In this document: positions 24,036 through 37,034 of the stretch, piece after piece
Numbering within the stretch: position 1 is the first letter of the stretch
How the letters are laid out: every line of letters starts with the position of its first letter
Assembly (NCBI GenBank): GCA_038087875.1
Contig: CM075982.1
Span: forward strand, 60,698,001 to 60,762,000
DNA length: 64,000 bases
From: Malacoraja senta
Taxonomy: Eukaryota
Direction: 5' to 3'
Made by a program: the position numbers and the translations under genes
Notes under the pieces: generated by a model
Database searches by the model: none
What the model was told of the DNA's origin: nothing
The model's input: the letters and a program-made list of their open reading frames with translations, nothing else

Positions 24036-24366
24036 ATATATGGCAGGTAAAGATGTAGACTGAGATGAATATTCTTTGAAATGTTTCAGAGCTTCTGGAG
24101 GTGTATTGGTACATTTAGTTCTACAACAATACCTTGGAACTCCCAAATTGTGCTCCTTCTTTCTGTCCCAAGGATATGCATGCATCCCACCTCCTCCAAC
24201 CCACATACAGTATCTGTAAATTGCACTTCCCTTCCTGGGTACTATTTTATTAGTAGCTAATTGCAATCGTAATACGCCATCTATATTGGCATTTGTCTAC
24301 CAGTATTGACACTCCTTTGCTTTGGGTGGGACTCAGTTAACTGAAACATAAGGAGCTCATACCACT

Positions 24367-24682
24367 GGGGTGGCATGATGGCGCAGCGGTAGAGTTGCTG
24401 CCTCAAAGCACCAGAGACCCGGGTTTGATCCTGGCTATGGGTGCTGTCTGTACGAAATGTGTACGTTCTCCCCGTGACCACGTGGGTTCTCGCCAGGTGC
24501 TCTGGTTTCCTCCCACACTCTAAAGTACAGGTTTGTAGGTTAATTGGTTTCTGTAAATTGTAAATTGTCCCTGGTGTGTACGGTAGTGCTTGTGCATGGG
24601 GACCACTGGTCGGCATGGACACGGTGGGCCAAAGGGCCTGTTTCCGTGCTGTATCTCTAAACTAAACTAAACTAACCTAAAC
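24367..24682 (+). mobile_element. Full-length V-SINE (HE1-like)
   Basis: Same head, V-domain and tail as 19788-20110. Confidence 0.9.
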
Positions 24683-25997
24683 ACTGAATTCCATCTTGCT
24701 AAAATTGCCTTTGTAAGCTTATTTTAAAAACCTGTAAATCATACAAGGAATGAGAGATACAGGGGAATTATGCGTTATGTAGTTACATTAAAGTGAATGA
24801 AACATATTTATTGAGCAGCATATACTTACAAATTTTTAATATTTTTCTGACAAATTATACAAGAGCCTTAAATGTAAATCTTATCGTCAGGAATCCTTGA
24901 AGGATATTTTTACAGTAAAATATATACACCCACTGTGCTCTTCAATTGTTGTGTCACTAAGACAACCAATACAATTATGTCCTCACGAGTATAATACAGG
25001 CTGCTTGAACATAATACCCTTTCCTCAATTCAGAAGAGGCTGAGTATAATTGTTCTGATTCAGAACATGAGAAAAAAAAGATTACAATCACTCCTTCTAG
25101 GTTCCCTCAGCAGTGTAATTGTGCAAAGCATGTGGTGTTTTACTCACAATTCCTTACTACTTTCAGAAATTGTACATTAAAATCGGAGCTGTCGTAATTT
25201 TATTTGTTGGAGGACATATACTCACACCATGGCGCCCAGACATCACTTTGTATTGCACTCTATGCAAATTGAGTGTTTTGTGTGCCAGCGGCGTGGAACC
25301 AATGGGTTACATTTTTACGTTGTGTCTAATAGAGATGCATCTTTATACAGCCAATCAACCTTGCATAAAATCTCCGCTTAGCCTCGGTGTTGAGTTTTCG
25401 TGGAATTTGCGTCAGTGTTTTTGGTCTTGCATGATTGATGATGCAGGTACTCCCTGTTGCTGAACCCAATGCTGAGAGTGTGAGGGACCAGGACACAGAC
25501 AAACTCAGTAACACTGGGGGAGCCACTTCCAGCTGAGGAGGAAGACAGCCCAGATGTATATAAAAGAAAGCCTAGTGCTCTGCCCAGGCTATCTTTCACC
25601 AGTTAGTATGACCCATGTACTTAAACATCTCAACTTGCTACCAATAGGGATCAAACACTTTGATGTATCCCTTGTCTCCTGTTTGAATTAAAGATGAATG
25701 TTAATAACTAAGAGTAGAAAATGTGGATTTTTTTTAATTTTTAGAATAGGTGAATAAATAAACGTATTGCCTCTTACAGAGTTGCCAATTAATCAGTTTT
25801 TATAATTCAATGCAAACATTTGAAATCCCTTTCCGTTATTTCTTTTAATGAATTGCCTATAGAAGTTTTAACCATTGGAAGATAGCCCAACAGGGATTTG
25901 TGTAGAGTAACTACTACACAATAAGTTTATTTCCATCTTGACGATAGTCATAATGTAAGAGCTATTTTGAAGAAGACCCAGCAGTCCTCTTATTTGC

Positions 25998-26116
25998 AGA
26001 AACAAAGAACTGCAGATGCCGGTTTTACAAAAAAAGACACAGAGTGCTGGATTAACTCAGTAGGTCAGGCAACATCTCTGGAGAACATGGATGAGTGACG
26101 TTTCGGGTCGGGATTC
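25998..26116 (-). mobile_element. Penelope terminal fragment
   Basis: gaactgcagatgc...gacacagagtgctgg...gtgacgtttcgggtc. Confidence 0.7.
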
Positions 26117-27132
26117 TCATTTCACAATTGTTACAATCTTCTGTACATAAGAACATATTAATTCTACTTGTGGTACTGGAGAGCTGCAATAGATTGGAAG
26201 TTCAAAAACATGGGAAAACTGCAAGGGAACCCAAATCAAGTGACTATGGAGGCAAGGGGAAGGGATTTTTTCATGCGCACCTTATGCAAGGAACCTTATT
26301 CAGGGTCTTTGGTCAGAAATACTTTAAAATGTAATTTCGTGCAAGCCAGGAGTTTTAGAAGAGGAACTGCCTCTTATTGGTGGAACTCCAAAACTAAAAA
26401 ATTATATAATTAAAACTCTCATCTTGACCACTTCCTGTCTGTGCTGTATATTGATTTTAGAAAAAATGCTACCATATATCGCTATGATTTTTGGCCATCT
26501 TACTCACAGTCCTCCTCCGCTGAGCAGGCCCTGAGGAATTTTCCCATCGATGAAAAATAAAAAAGGTATTTGTGTTTAAAAAAACCTTGAGATCCTCTCG
26601 CTTGTCAATTACTGCGATGAAGGTAACGCCCCTTCCGGGGGGGGGGGGGTAGGACTATAAAACCCCAGATGTCAGGACGTGACTCAGTCACTCTGCAGGG
26701 TCGCGAGGGAGAGGCCACGACTCATTCTAAGCTGTGAATCAACTGAACTGTGAGTTTGCAATGTACTTGCAATAAATGATTTGTTAGCCCTTAATGACAA
26801 TGCCATGAGTTGTTTGGCCTGCTGCCCTGCCTGTGCTTGAAACAGCAATGCGTTATTATGTCCGACTGTGTTTGGAAGGAATAAATGTTTTATTAGGTCC
26901 GACCGTGTTTAGTTCAAAAGTCCCACTCATTTCGTGACTTCCGCTTAGTGGACAGGTCGCGCTGATTACGTAATTTCCCGTGAGTGCAGAGGTTGCGCTG
27001 ATTGCGTAATTTTCAGTAAATGCAGAGGTCACGCTGATTGCGGAAGTGCCGCTGACTGTGGAAGCCCCAAAGTGGAGAGGCCGCGCTCAGCCGTGTGAGT
27101 ATTCAAGAAAGTTGACTGCCATATATATGGCG

Positions 27133-27222
27133 TGTGAGTCAGTGAGTGTGTGTGTATGTGTTTGTGAGTGTGCATGTGTGTGTGTGAGTGTCTGTGTGGT
27201 TGTGAGTGTGTGCGTGTGCGAG
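27133..27222 (+). repeat. Imperfect (TG)n microsatellite abutting the gap
   Basis: gtgtgtgtatgtgtttgtgagtgtgc... Confidence 0.85.
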
Positions 27223-27378
27223 NNNNNNNNNNNNNNNNNNNNNNNNNNNNNNNNNNNNNNNNNNNNNNNNNNNNNNNNNNNNNNNNNNNNNNNNNNNNNN
27301 NNNNNNNNNNNNNNNNNNNNNNNNNNNNNNNNNNNNNNNNNNNNNNNNNNNNNNNNNNNNNNNNNNNNNNNNNNNNNN
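27223..27378. other. Assembly gap (N run)
   Basis: Run of n characters. Confidence 0.99.
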
Positions 27379-28434
27379 TGAGTGGCCTCAGTGACAGCTG
27401 CCAGCTGAAGAATCCATTTGGCCCACAATGTCCATACTAGCCCTCTGGAAACCAGTCCCTTTGGCCCACAACATCATGCTAGTGCTCCAGAAAGCCGCCC
27501 CCCCCCCCCCCCACTCCCCCCCACTGGCCAGCAATATTGGAATTGGTGGAGAGGTGGAATATTGCGTTGGGGGACCAGCCCTCCCACTTAGTCTAGTAAT
27601 GGATTATAAGCAGGATTGAGCATTCCAGGTCTCTTGACAATTGGACATCTTAGAGACACTTCTCTAGTGACACCTAGAGTAAGCATAAGAATAGTCAAGC
27701 CAAATCCATCCTGCCCTCCAAGAAAAATAAATTAAGCTTACCTCTAATATTTTGAGATCTCTGATCCAAACGTTAAGATTGCAGTTTAGGTATGGACTAT
27801 CCCTACAATGTAATGTGGAGCAAGCTTCCATTCTTCCATTTTTGCATTGATGTTTTATACAGTTTCTTAATCACTTTTGTACACTTCAATCAGATATGTT
27901 TTGTGCAGCTATCATCATCACTGGTTTGAGCCCGTTTACCAGCCTCAGTACCAGTGTACATCACATACATGGAGGAGAGTGATATAATTTCACCTTAAGC
28001 ATTGAAGCATTTCATTGATTCTCAGCTACAGATCAATGAGGATGAATATAACAATGTATGCACTATCTAGTAGAATTTCTAAGCTATTAGGTGTAAGAAT
28101 TAAAATTTCTGCAGTTACTGCTGAAACCATCAAAGATTTTACAATATTTCCAGGATGTTCTCAGCCATTGACTGCTGAATATATGCTGTAACCCAAGTGA
28201 AAGATCTCTCCTGACTTGTTAATTGACTTGAGCCCAGTTGATTAAACAGATGGGTATATCTGTTGCTGAAGTTTAATGTGTTAAATGACAGAAATAATCA
28301 GATTTTGTAGAAACCAAGTTAACACACTAGGCAGTTCCGCTTTTCAACAGATATTGAACTGATGTAGGTTTAGTCGACTTTTAAGCAGATAAATGGTACC
28401 GCTACTTCCGTAACTAGAGAAATACACCAGAGCA

Positions 28435-28527
28435 GCTTCAGGCTGAAGAAGTGTCTCGACCCGAAACGTCGCCCATTCCTTCTCTCCAGAGATGCTGCCT
28501 CACCCGCTCAGTTTTGTGTCTACCTTC
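28435..28527 (+). mobile_element. Penelope terminal fragment with hammerhead-like core
   Basis: CTGAAGA agtgtctcgaccc GAAACGTC gcccattccttctctccagagatgctgcc. Confidence 0.75.
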
Positions 28528-30939
28528 GGGTTCAATGGATTTTGGCTGCCTAACTTGGAGGCCTGAATGTGAAAGCTACGACTTTTCAGGATTACTACGT
28601 GGGATCACTCGGAAAGCTTATTTTGTTGGTCAAAATGCCAAAAGACAATGGCAGGGTGCAGGGGTTGCTTGAATGTCTTGAGCACACTTTCCTGGTTGTC
28701 ATGCAGTGTGCATCATTAATTGTAGCCATGGAGATTGTAGACTTGGCCATTCACCACTCCCAGCTGTATGGAAAAAATATGTCTGTGCCCCTGGGTGAAG
28801 TGAAGGGATAAAATAGATGATGTGATAATTTTTTTATTATGAAAAAAAAAGTGTGCATTTTAATTTTAAAGAATAAGTAGCCTGCAGTATAAAATATTCA
28901 GTAGTCAGAAGAAACTAATTGTTTTGTTTGTTTCTCCACCCAGAAGGTGCCTGTTTCAAATATTCTGGTTGATTCTAGTTTATCAAATCTCCCCCCTTAA
29001 CTCTTTTGGCAATAGCACATGTTAGTACCAGGGGCTGCTATTTAAAACTAATTGCACAAGTGCAGATCAGTAAATATTTGAGTCAATCAAGCTGCCAACT
29101 TCGGAGGGAACTTTGCAACAGAAAAAAACCCCTATAGTAATTACCAAAGGTGAAAAAGTAGGGGTTAGGAAACTGTTGTGTGACAAAACTAAAGAACAAA
29201 AGTAATTAAAATACTCATTTGTAATTAAGTAGTAATTAAAATGTTACGTGTATCTCAGAGTGCCATTTTGAAGTTTAAATAATTTAAGATTATTGTTTAA
29301 TATGGGTTTATAAGCTCATTAAATCACCTTTCTTTTAATGAAGCATCCGAAAAGAATGGCAGTGCAGACTTCTGTCAAAAAAGCTAAATCTTTCCAGACT
29401 AAATTAAAAGAAAATGAGGAAGCCTAATGGCTTCTGTTTGGCAGCTTAAGCTTCTGTTTTTACTGTCACCTTCGTTTTATTCATGGTTGTCACTGTTGGG
29501 TCATGCATTATTAATAATAATTTTAGGAACATTTAGCATAAATGCCAGTACAGTACCATGCTAGCTTTCGACACGAACCAACAGCATATTGTTACAATTG
29601 CTGGAAATGTTCTGAAAATGATTACACTAGAGAACCACTGCTAGCCCAAATGTCTATGAAATCTGCTGTGCTTTATTTTTTTTCCCCCACTTACTGCTAC
29701 CGAGGTAACAAGTTTTTCCACATTGTGCACCATTTCTAGTTATGAATTTACGTACACCTTTCTGTTATATTAATCTGCAAATATGAGTTAAAAGACAAAA
29801 ATGCAAATGTCAAACATGTCAGTTTTTTTTTAAAAAGCTGAACCAAACGCAGTAAATCGGTGAGTGACTATAAGGAGTGCGATATCGGGTTTGTATTCTG
29901 TATTCACAATGGAAATACATGTTTGCCTCTGATGGTCCTATTACATCAGCATTTTCATTTCCGATGAAGGGTCAGAACTGAAACAAGAGCCTTCTATCAG
30001 CTCTGCGTGTAGGAATGAGCTATTTCCTACATTTTCTGACCCTGGATTTTCAATGTATTTAACGCACTATATTCTCCATAGAATAAAGGATATAGTGCAG
30101 TAGAGGAAAAATGATTGGAGAAAAATACATAGAAATCAATCCTTGGGATCTCTAAGGAGCGGTATGCCCCCAAATTTAATCTTCTGCCTTCCTCTCTTCA
30201 GTGTATGTCCACGCTTGCCGTAGGGTAGCAACAACTATCAACTTCTTGTGATCTGGATTTGGCAGTTTTTGAGTTGGTTCATAATGAATAGAAATCTGAA
30301 CAGTTCCTGCTATCTTGTGGATTTGGAGGTGCCTGTTGCCTTCAAAAGTGATAGTTAACTTAACTAAAGGAACAAAATAATCCACTGCACACACACACAC
30401 ACAATACCTCTTTTATGTCGCAGCATAGATTGGCTGTCACATTAGAAGCTGATATGCAATTTTAACACGGGGCCAGGAATTTAGAATGCTCAATTTAAAA
30501 AAGCAGTGGTTGCCCTATATGTTCCTGAAAAATATACTGATAGAGAACAATGTTGGTTGTTGGCTTTTATTTCCTGCCATGCTCATGTTGAAATTGTGTA
30601 TTCCCTGCTAGTATCATGATTAGTATGTGTGGATTTCTCAGTGGGTGTGAAAAATTCACACTGGCAGTCCAATTACAAGTGCATATCTTAATGGATGTGT
30701 GTCTGTCCTGAAATAAACTGTAATATAGCCTCTTGATGGAGTCTCGCCACACACAGATATAGATATCTAAAAGATCTCTGGAATCTTATGGAGCTTCTGA
30801 CTTTGAGAGGATCTGTGATGAATTCTTCTCAAATTTGGCTACCCTCAGAAATTCATCTTTATCCATCATGTGCTACATGATCACAAGATCATAAGAGATA
30901 GGAGTAGAATTAAGCCATTCGACCTGATATCATGCAGGT

Positions 30940-31330
30940 TATGATTTTAACCAAGGGGCTACAACAGACCCAATTTGCAGCAAAGGTGAGCATCAAGCAA
31001 GGCTGTGTCGTCACTCTTAACACTTTCCTCGGTACCTTAGTTCTGTGATTTATCTCCAATCAGCTTTCCACTGGAGTCAAACTAATCTGCAGGAAAATTA
31101 GGAAACTGTTGAGCCTACATCATGATTACTCCATCCTCATTAGTTGAGCTGCACTGCATATATGGTCCTTTGGTCCATGGCCACGGGCCATTCGTACGTA
31201 GGTCACCAAAATGCACAATGGAGTGGGCATTAAACTAAACATCTGCAACATATACTTATTTCAAACTACCCCATTGCACAATAGCGACTGAGCAAGTCTC
31301 TGGAAATTGAGAATCTGTGCTTGGGTTGAT
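30940..31330 (+). mobile_element. Degenerate RTE-type LINE RT fragment
   Basis: atcaagcaaggctgtgtcgtc = IKQGCVV, resembling the RT motif GVKQGCV. Confidence 0.35.
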
Positions 31331-32394
31331 GATCTAGATGCTATGGAAGCTACAGTTGAATCCTTGGGAAGAGGGAGAGAACATACATAACGTTTTGGGA
31401 CTGAGTAATGTTTATAAATGGACAGGTTTTGTCTTCCGATTGTAAATGTTTGACAAATCATCAACACTACAAATAAAAAAAATGTGGACATTCCCATTTG
31501 CTCTTGCTGGGACCTCTTTGTGCAAATCACTTCAATCTTTCATTCGCTGCAGGAAGAGATTCACCTGCAGCCCCAAAGCTTGACAATAACTGGGCACTTA
31601 CAGTTTCCAGACCAACTCTGACATCGACTTCAATTGGATTAATGACCTTTACTGTTTAGCTGCTTTATATAGGAAAGGATTTATCTAACTCACATTTTGC
31701 TATCGTATATCACCCACAGTGACATCTCCTGTGATCTGTCAATTGAGTAAGTACTTCAATTAACATGGAAAGAAAAATTGTTACCAGCCAAAGGTTAGAA
31801 GTGCAGCTGGCTATTTGGCTAATGCAACCGTAAACACTGGGATAATGATCTCATAAGTAATTGTGCTCTATACATTATAGTACATGACTTTCTGTTCTAA
31901 CTTGTTCTTTGTGCTTATCAGAACCTTGTTTAGGTTTGCATCTTGCAATTAGAGTTGAACTTCCATGAGTTTCACACCAGACCAGCCCAAGATTGGACAT
32001 GTGCTGTGCACTGGGCCAACAAACAAATGCGTTGCAACAAATGTCTACAGCAGAATTCCAAAGCACGTTTACCATACACAAAGGCAGAGGTATGAAAGTA
32101 GTATTCAGTTCTTAGGTGGTTGGTACAAGGAAGGGGGGCAGAGATGGGGAGGATGGAATAAGGTAGGCATAGGAATAATGGAGTTAAGTCAGGTAGCAAT
32201 CGAGATGGGGAGGATGGTCCTGGTGGAATTGGAAGCTTGTGGATCAGATCAGTGCATTGGGTGTAGAATCAGCTTCTCGTTTAGCTGCGAGGTGGATCAG
32301 GATAGTAGTTGATTGCATTGGGGTGAAGATCAGGAGAAGTTGGTTGAAATTCAAGGAAGATTCACTTCAAGGTTGTTTTTTTACATAAAGGATC

Positions 32395-32795
32395 CCTACC
32401 TGCCCTTAAGGTGCCCCATGTCTGTCACACTGGAGCAGGCCTTGCATGATTACTGAAGTCCTGCTTCTGCATGTGCGGCCCATGTACATGTATCCCAATA
32501 ATATTTAACAGATGTGGTATCTGCATGCCTGTCGCTTCTGTTGGATGGGGGTTTGTCTGGCTGGGGACATATGTGAGATAAGACACCATCATGTGTAGAG
32601 GAAAATTGTGGATTTTCTGAAAGAGGCAGTAAGTTCGATGACCTTTTCGTAACCTTGTCGGCGCCAGAAACCTGGTGACTCTTGTGTACTGCCCACGTGA
32701 GGTATGCTGTATGATTTTACCGGGTTGTACACAAAACAAAGCATTTCACTGCACCTAGGTACATGTTGCAGTAAAGAATCATTGAATCATTGAAC
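32395..32795 (+). mobile_element. LINE 3' UTR fragment (Rex1/Babar-like)
   Basis: Ends aaagcatttcactgcacctaggtacatg...aatcattgaatcattgaa. Confidence 0.4.
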
Positions 32796-33204
32796 TCTTA
32801 GATCCTATTGAAAGATCAATTTACTGAAGAATTGTTCTCGCATAGAACACATTAGCATGGTGCTGCATAATCGCATTTCTACATCAGTAACTCATATTTG
32901 CAAATGGCCTCAATTTGAATCATTATTTGTACTGAGCTAAATCTAGAACTTTTAAATAAATACCTGAAATACCATTTCTTTTTCTATTTTGTGCCTCTCC
33001 ATTTTTGCACTTTTGATATATGTAAGTAAGCAAGGTGACTTGTATGCACATGTACAATTTCCTTTTTGAGAGTTGTAAAGAGCTCAATATGTGTGCATCA
33101 GAATGAGATGATTAACTAAAAATTATTGATTACTGTCTATTGTATTAGAGATTTGTATTGTGGATCCAAAATACTTACTTTTTTTTTGTGTAAATAAATT
33201 ATAG

Positions 33205-33385
33205 TTCATAGATTCATAAGTGATAGGAGCATTCGGCCAATCAAGTCTAAACCTCCATTCAACCATGGCTGATCTATATTTCTCTCCTTATCCCATTTTC
33301 CTGCCTTCTCCCCATAACCCCTGACACCCGTACTAATCAAGAATCTATCTATCTCTTCCTTTAAAATATCCATTGACTTGGCCAT
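33205..33385 (-). mobile_element. CR1 3' end fragment
   Basis: Reverse complement of the 4490-4669 tail. Confidence 0.8.
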
Positions 33386-35079
33386 TGGCTGTAGTGTAGG
33401 TTTTCCAACATACCGTGTGTACTGACTGACTGAATATATGTTTTTGATAGTTAGATGAGCAATGCCGGATTTATGGATATTTATTTTTAATGCTGCTTAA
33501 CTGATCCTCTGGGATCCAGCATCCATTTTTCTGGAAATCCAGAGAGCTAACTCCTAGCATATATTGTTTGAATTAATTTTTATGAAATCCTCAATATCAT
33601 GGCTGTCAACCCAGTCGACTAGAAAAGTACTGAATATTTTAAGGATGGAAATTGTGCAGAAGTTGAACATAATTGTTTCTTTGGATGGTGGACTGCGAAT
33701 TGAGAGGCATTATCTTATTTACTAGAACATTTGGTTGGCATCAGTTGCCTAGATTGAGCTCGCATTTGTCAAACTATATGTACCACCCATTCCCTCCAGT
33801 GTTTTGTTAATAATACCTGGTTACCTCAGCAATAATCAATAAAGGTGTACCTGTGGCATGCAACTTGTTTCAAAGTAACATCGTGGCAAGGGTTAACCCC
33901 AAACGAGATCTCTGTCCCTCTAAAGCCAAAATAAATTCATTTCATTGAGATAATTGCTGCAAAAAACTTGACCATTTGAGGGGCTTTTTAACTGTGGCGG
34001 GAAGTCTTAGCACGTTTTACTCTTTTACTTCAGGAGATTAGTGTGATTTATGTTAAAGTGTGAATACAAAAATAACTTGGTCAATGCACCAGCAAACGTT
34101 AAGGCAGTGGGAAGTTCCAGTTTTTATGTGTGTGTATTACTGACTCTAATATGTTTACTGGGATCAGTTAACATGGAGGAGCAAAGGTGCACTCCTAATA
34201 GAAATCTACCCATAACTGGGTCCAGATCTTTGAGAAAGTCGTGCAGCAGGATTTCTCCTGGAACAGTTACTCACCATGGTGGAACTTGAGAGTCTGGGAC
34301 TTCTGTTGGAGAAGGAGATGGTGTTCAGATCATGCCGTGTAGGAGCCCAGCCTGAGATCCCCGAACAGGGATCCAAGGTATCTTCTCAGTGCTTGCTTTA
34401 GATTGGAATAATCTCATTTTCCTATGCCCTTTGACAATTTTTAAATTTAGATGAACCTTAATACAGACAGAAAAACTCAGTCTTTGTCCTCTTATTGAAT
34501 TAAGTTGACAATTGATGGGATTTACAAATATTATTCAGCTCATACATTTGGGAATTATTTAAAAAATCATGTTTGATTATGTATTTTCCGTCTTCGCTCC
34601 TGTAATCTTTCAGAAATCTGGAGGAGAGCACATGGAAAATCCCGAGATTCTCATGTCCTGGTCACTTAAAGGTTTGGCCCTGTTATAGAATCATAGGAAA
34701 CGTAGAATAAAGACGTTGGCCATTTGGCCGACTGAACTTATTCTCGTGGAGAGCTACATATCCTGGTCACAACATCTCGCTGTAGGTCAATGACTCTGCA
34801 GGTTGCAGCTGTTCAGTGGGACAGCAAAAGATGTTTTGAATGGGATTGAGGGTGTCTGCCTCTCTCACCCCCTAGAGGCCATGAGAACCATATGCCTATT
34901 ACCCTCTAAATGAAAAGAATGCTCCTCTAATTTTATGACTAATTATTTAAAATCTATGCTTCAAGTCATCTAATTAACAATATTTTACGATTTACCATCG
35001 GAGTATAATTAAACCCTTGGTCAGTAGGGATCTGCTTACATGAGAATTCAATCACACTTGACCAAAACGAATATCACTG

Positions 35080-35316
35080 TAGATGGACACAAAATACTGG
35101 AGTAACTCAGCGGGACGGGCAGCATCTCTGGAGAGAAGGAATGGGTGACGTTTTGGATTGAGACCCTTCTTCAGACTGATGAATTCTAAAGAAGGGTCTT
35201 GACCCTAAAACGTCACCCATTCTTTCTCTCCAGAGATGCTGCCTGTCACGCTGAGTTACTCCAGCATTTTGTGTCTATCTTCGGTTTAAACCAGCATCTG
35301 CAGTTCCTTCCAACAC
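35080..35316. mobile_element. Penelope-derived head-to-head palindrome
   Basis: About 95-bp inverted arms (gacacaaaatactggagtaactcagc... / ...gctgagttactccagcattttgtgtc) around cttcttcagactgatgaattctaaagaagg. Confidence 0.85.
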
Positions 35317-35702
35317 AATTATCGTGGATGGTCTCAGTCAACTCTTTTTCTATCTGTATTAAGGTGCATCTCAAGTTTTAAAATGTCCATCGGCATAGAA
35401 AAATTAGATTGCTCCAATCTAAAGCAAGCACTGATGCAGATATCTTCGATGAAATAGTCTCTCCACATCTTGAAAGTTCAATGCAAAGTGATCTGTTCAT
35501 TTGTTTTTCCAATAATCCTGCATGTCACCCATTTTTCGACGTCTTAATCTCTGGGAAGAAGTCTTTAAGAATAATTTACACCTTCTGGATTTGTGTTGTT
35601 AATCAGGGGGCAGCAACAACGTGACATCATGGTCTACTGACAAATGGCTTCCAATCAATAGCTAGATTACACTTGCTTAGAGACCTGATTTTACTCCGCA
35701 AA

Positions 35703-36012
35703 TAATAAGGTTAGAAATAAGGGGTAAGCCATTTAAGGAGTAAGCCATTTAGAACGGAGATGAGGAAACACTTTTTCACACGGAGAGTTGTGAGTCTGTG
35801 GAATTCTCTGCCTCAGAAGGCGGTGGAGGCCGTTTCTCTGGATACTTTCTTGAAAGTATCTTGAGAGCTTGATAGGGCTCTTGAAGTCAAGGGATGTGGG
35901 GAGAAGGCAGGAACGGGGTACTGATTGTGGATGATCAGCCATAATCACAATGAATGGCGGTGCTGGCTTGAAGGGCCGAATGGCCTACTCCTGCACCTAT
36001 TGTCTATTGTTT
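35703..36012 (+). mobile_element. CR1 LINE 3' fragment
   Basis: PFRTEMRKHFFTRRVVSLWNSLPQKAVEA plus UTR ending gggccgaatggcctactcctgcacctattgtctattgt. Confidence 0.85.
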
Positions 36013-36907
36013 TTGTCTCAATGAATTATTATCAGTAGATGTCAAAGGAAGGTTATGCATGTTAGATATCATTTTGCTCAACCCTGTGTGACTCTTTAAA
36101 GAAGAAACTAACAGTAATAACCAAGAGAAATCTGGTTAAATGCACATTTAAGACACGTGTCATATTCTAGTCTGTAATATTCCATTATGTTTCAATTCAA
36201 ACAATCCATCCCCAAGTATTACATTTCTTGTTAGATGTTGGCATCTTCAGGTTTATCGGAAGAAATCATGACATCAATCAACTTTTCTCAGGAGTCCAAA
36301 TAACACCCTTCTTCAAATCTAATTAGGAATATCCTGAAAAGAAAATTGCTGGAGTATCTCAGCAGGTCAAGCAGCATCTCTGGGGAAGGATAGATGATGT
36401 TTTGGGTCAGGATGGGAGTCTCCTGATGCTTGCAAAATGTTCTCAGCATTATCTTACATAACTCATAAATAGTGATGTAGCATAGGTACGTTGGGACATA
36501 TTTTCTGTCTGTTTAATATTCGGGCAGATTACAGATACAATTAATTTGGTTCATTCTTTTTATAGTGACCTAGTTGATGTTGATTGGTATTTTTTTCCGA
36601 CCCATATTTGAACTTCTTTGGATGGTCAAAAAATCTTGCTTTTTTAAAGAATTTTCCACCAGAGTAATTGGGACTTAGCTGGGATGTATTATTTTGGAGT
36701 TTGATCAATTGAACACTGTTATTTATATATTGACCATGTTGGTCTAAGATATACATGTAAGTATACACATGCAGGTACTACTGTATATTGGGGTGGTTGA
36801 ACTTTACGCAGGGACATAATAATGGTAAGAGGGACAATCACACAAGTATCGGCTGGAACTTTGCAGCCTATACAATCAACAAAATACTATTACAATCGTG
36901 TTGTTTA

Positions 36908-37034
36908 AGTAAGAACTGCAAATGCTGGAAAAATCAAAGGTAGACAAAAATGCTGGAGAAACTCAGAGGGTGAGGCAGCACCTATGGAGCGAAGGAATAG
37001 GTGACGTTTCGGGTCGAGACCCTTCTTCAGACAA
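36908..37034 (-). mobile_element. Penelope terminal fragment with the best-preserved hammerhead-like core and a 14-bp TSD
   Basis: Minus strand of 37001-37030 is CTGAAGA AGGGTCTCGACCC GAAACGTC AC. TSD aatcgtgttgttta (36894-36907) / aattgtgttcttta (37035-37048). Confidence 0.78.

Larger units (their letters stand above)
26402..27596 (+). mobile_element. Probable non-autonomous Helitron-like element spanning an assembly gap
   Basis: Begins tatataattaaaactc and ends ...cccacttagtCTAG|T. No TIR or TSD. Contains three tandem ggtcgcgctgatt.cg repeats and a (TG)n tract. Confidence 0.45.

Noticed and set aside
27046-27440. ORFs spanning the N run
   Set aside because: Produced by the (TG)n tract and the assembly gap
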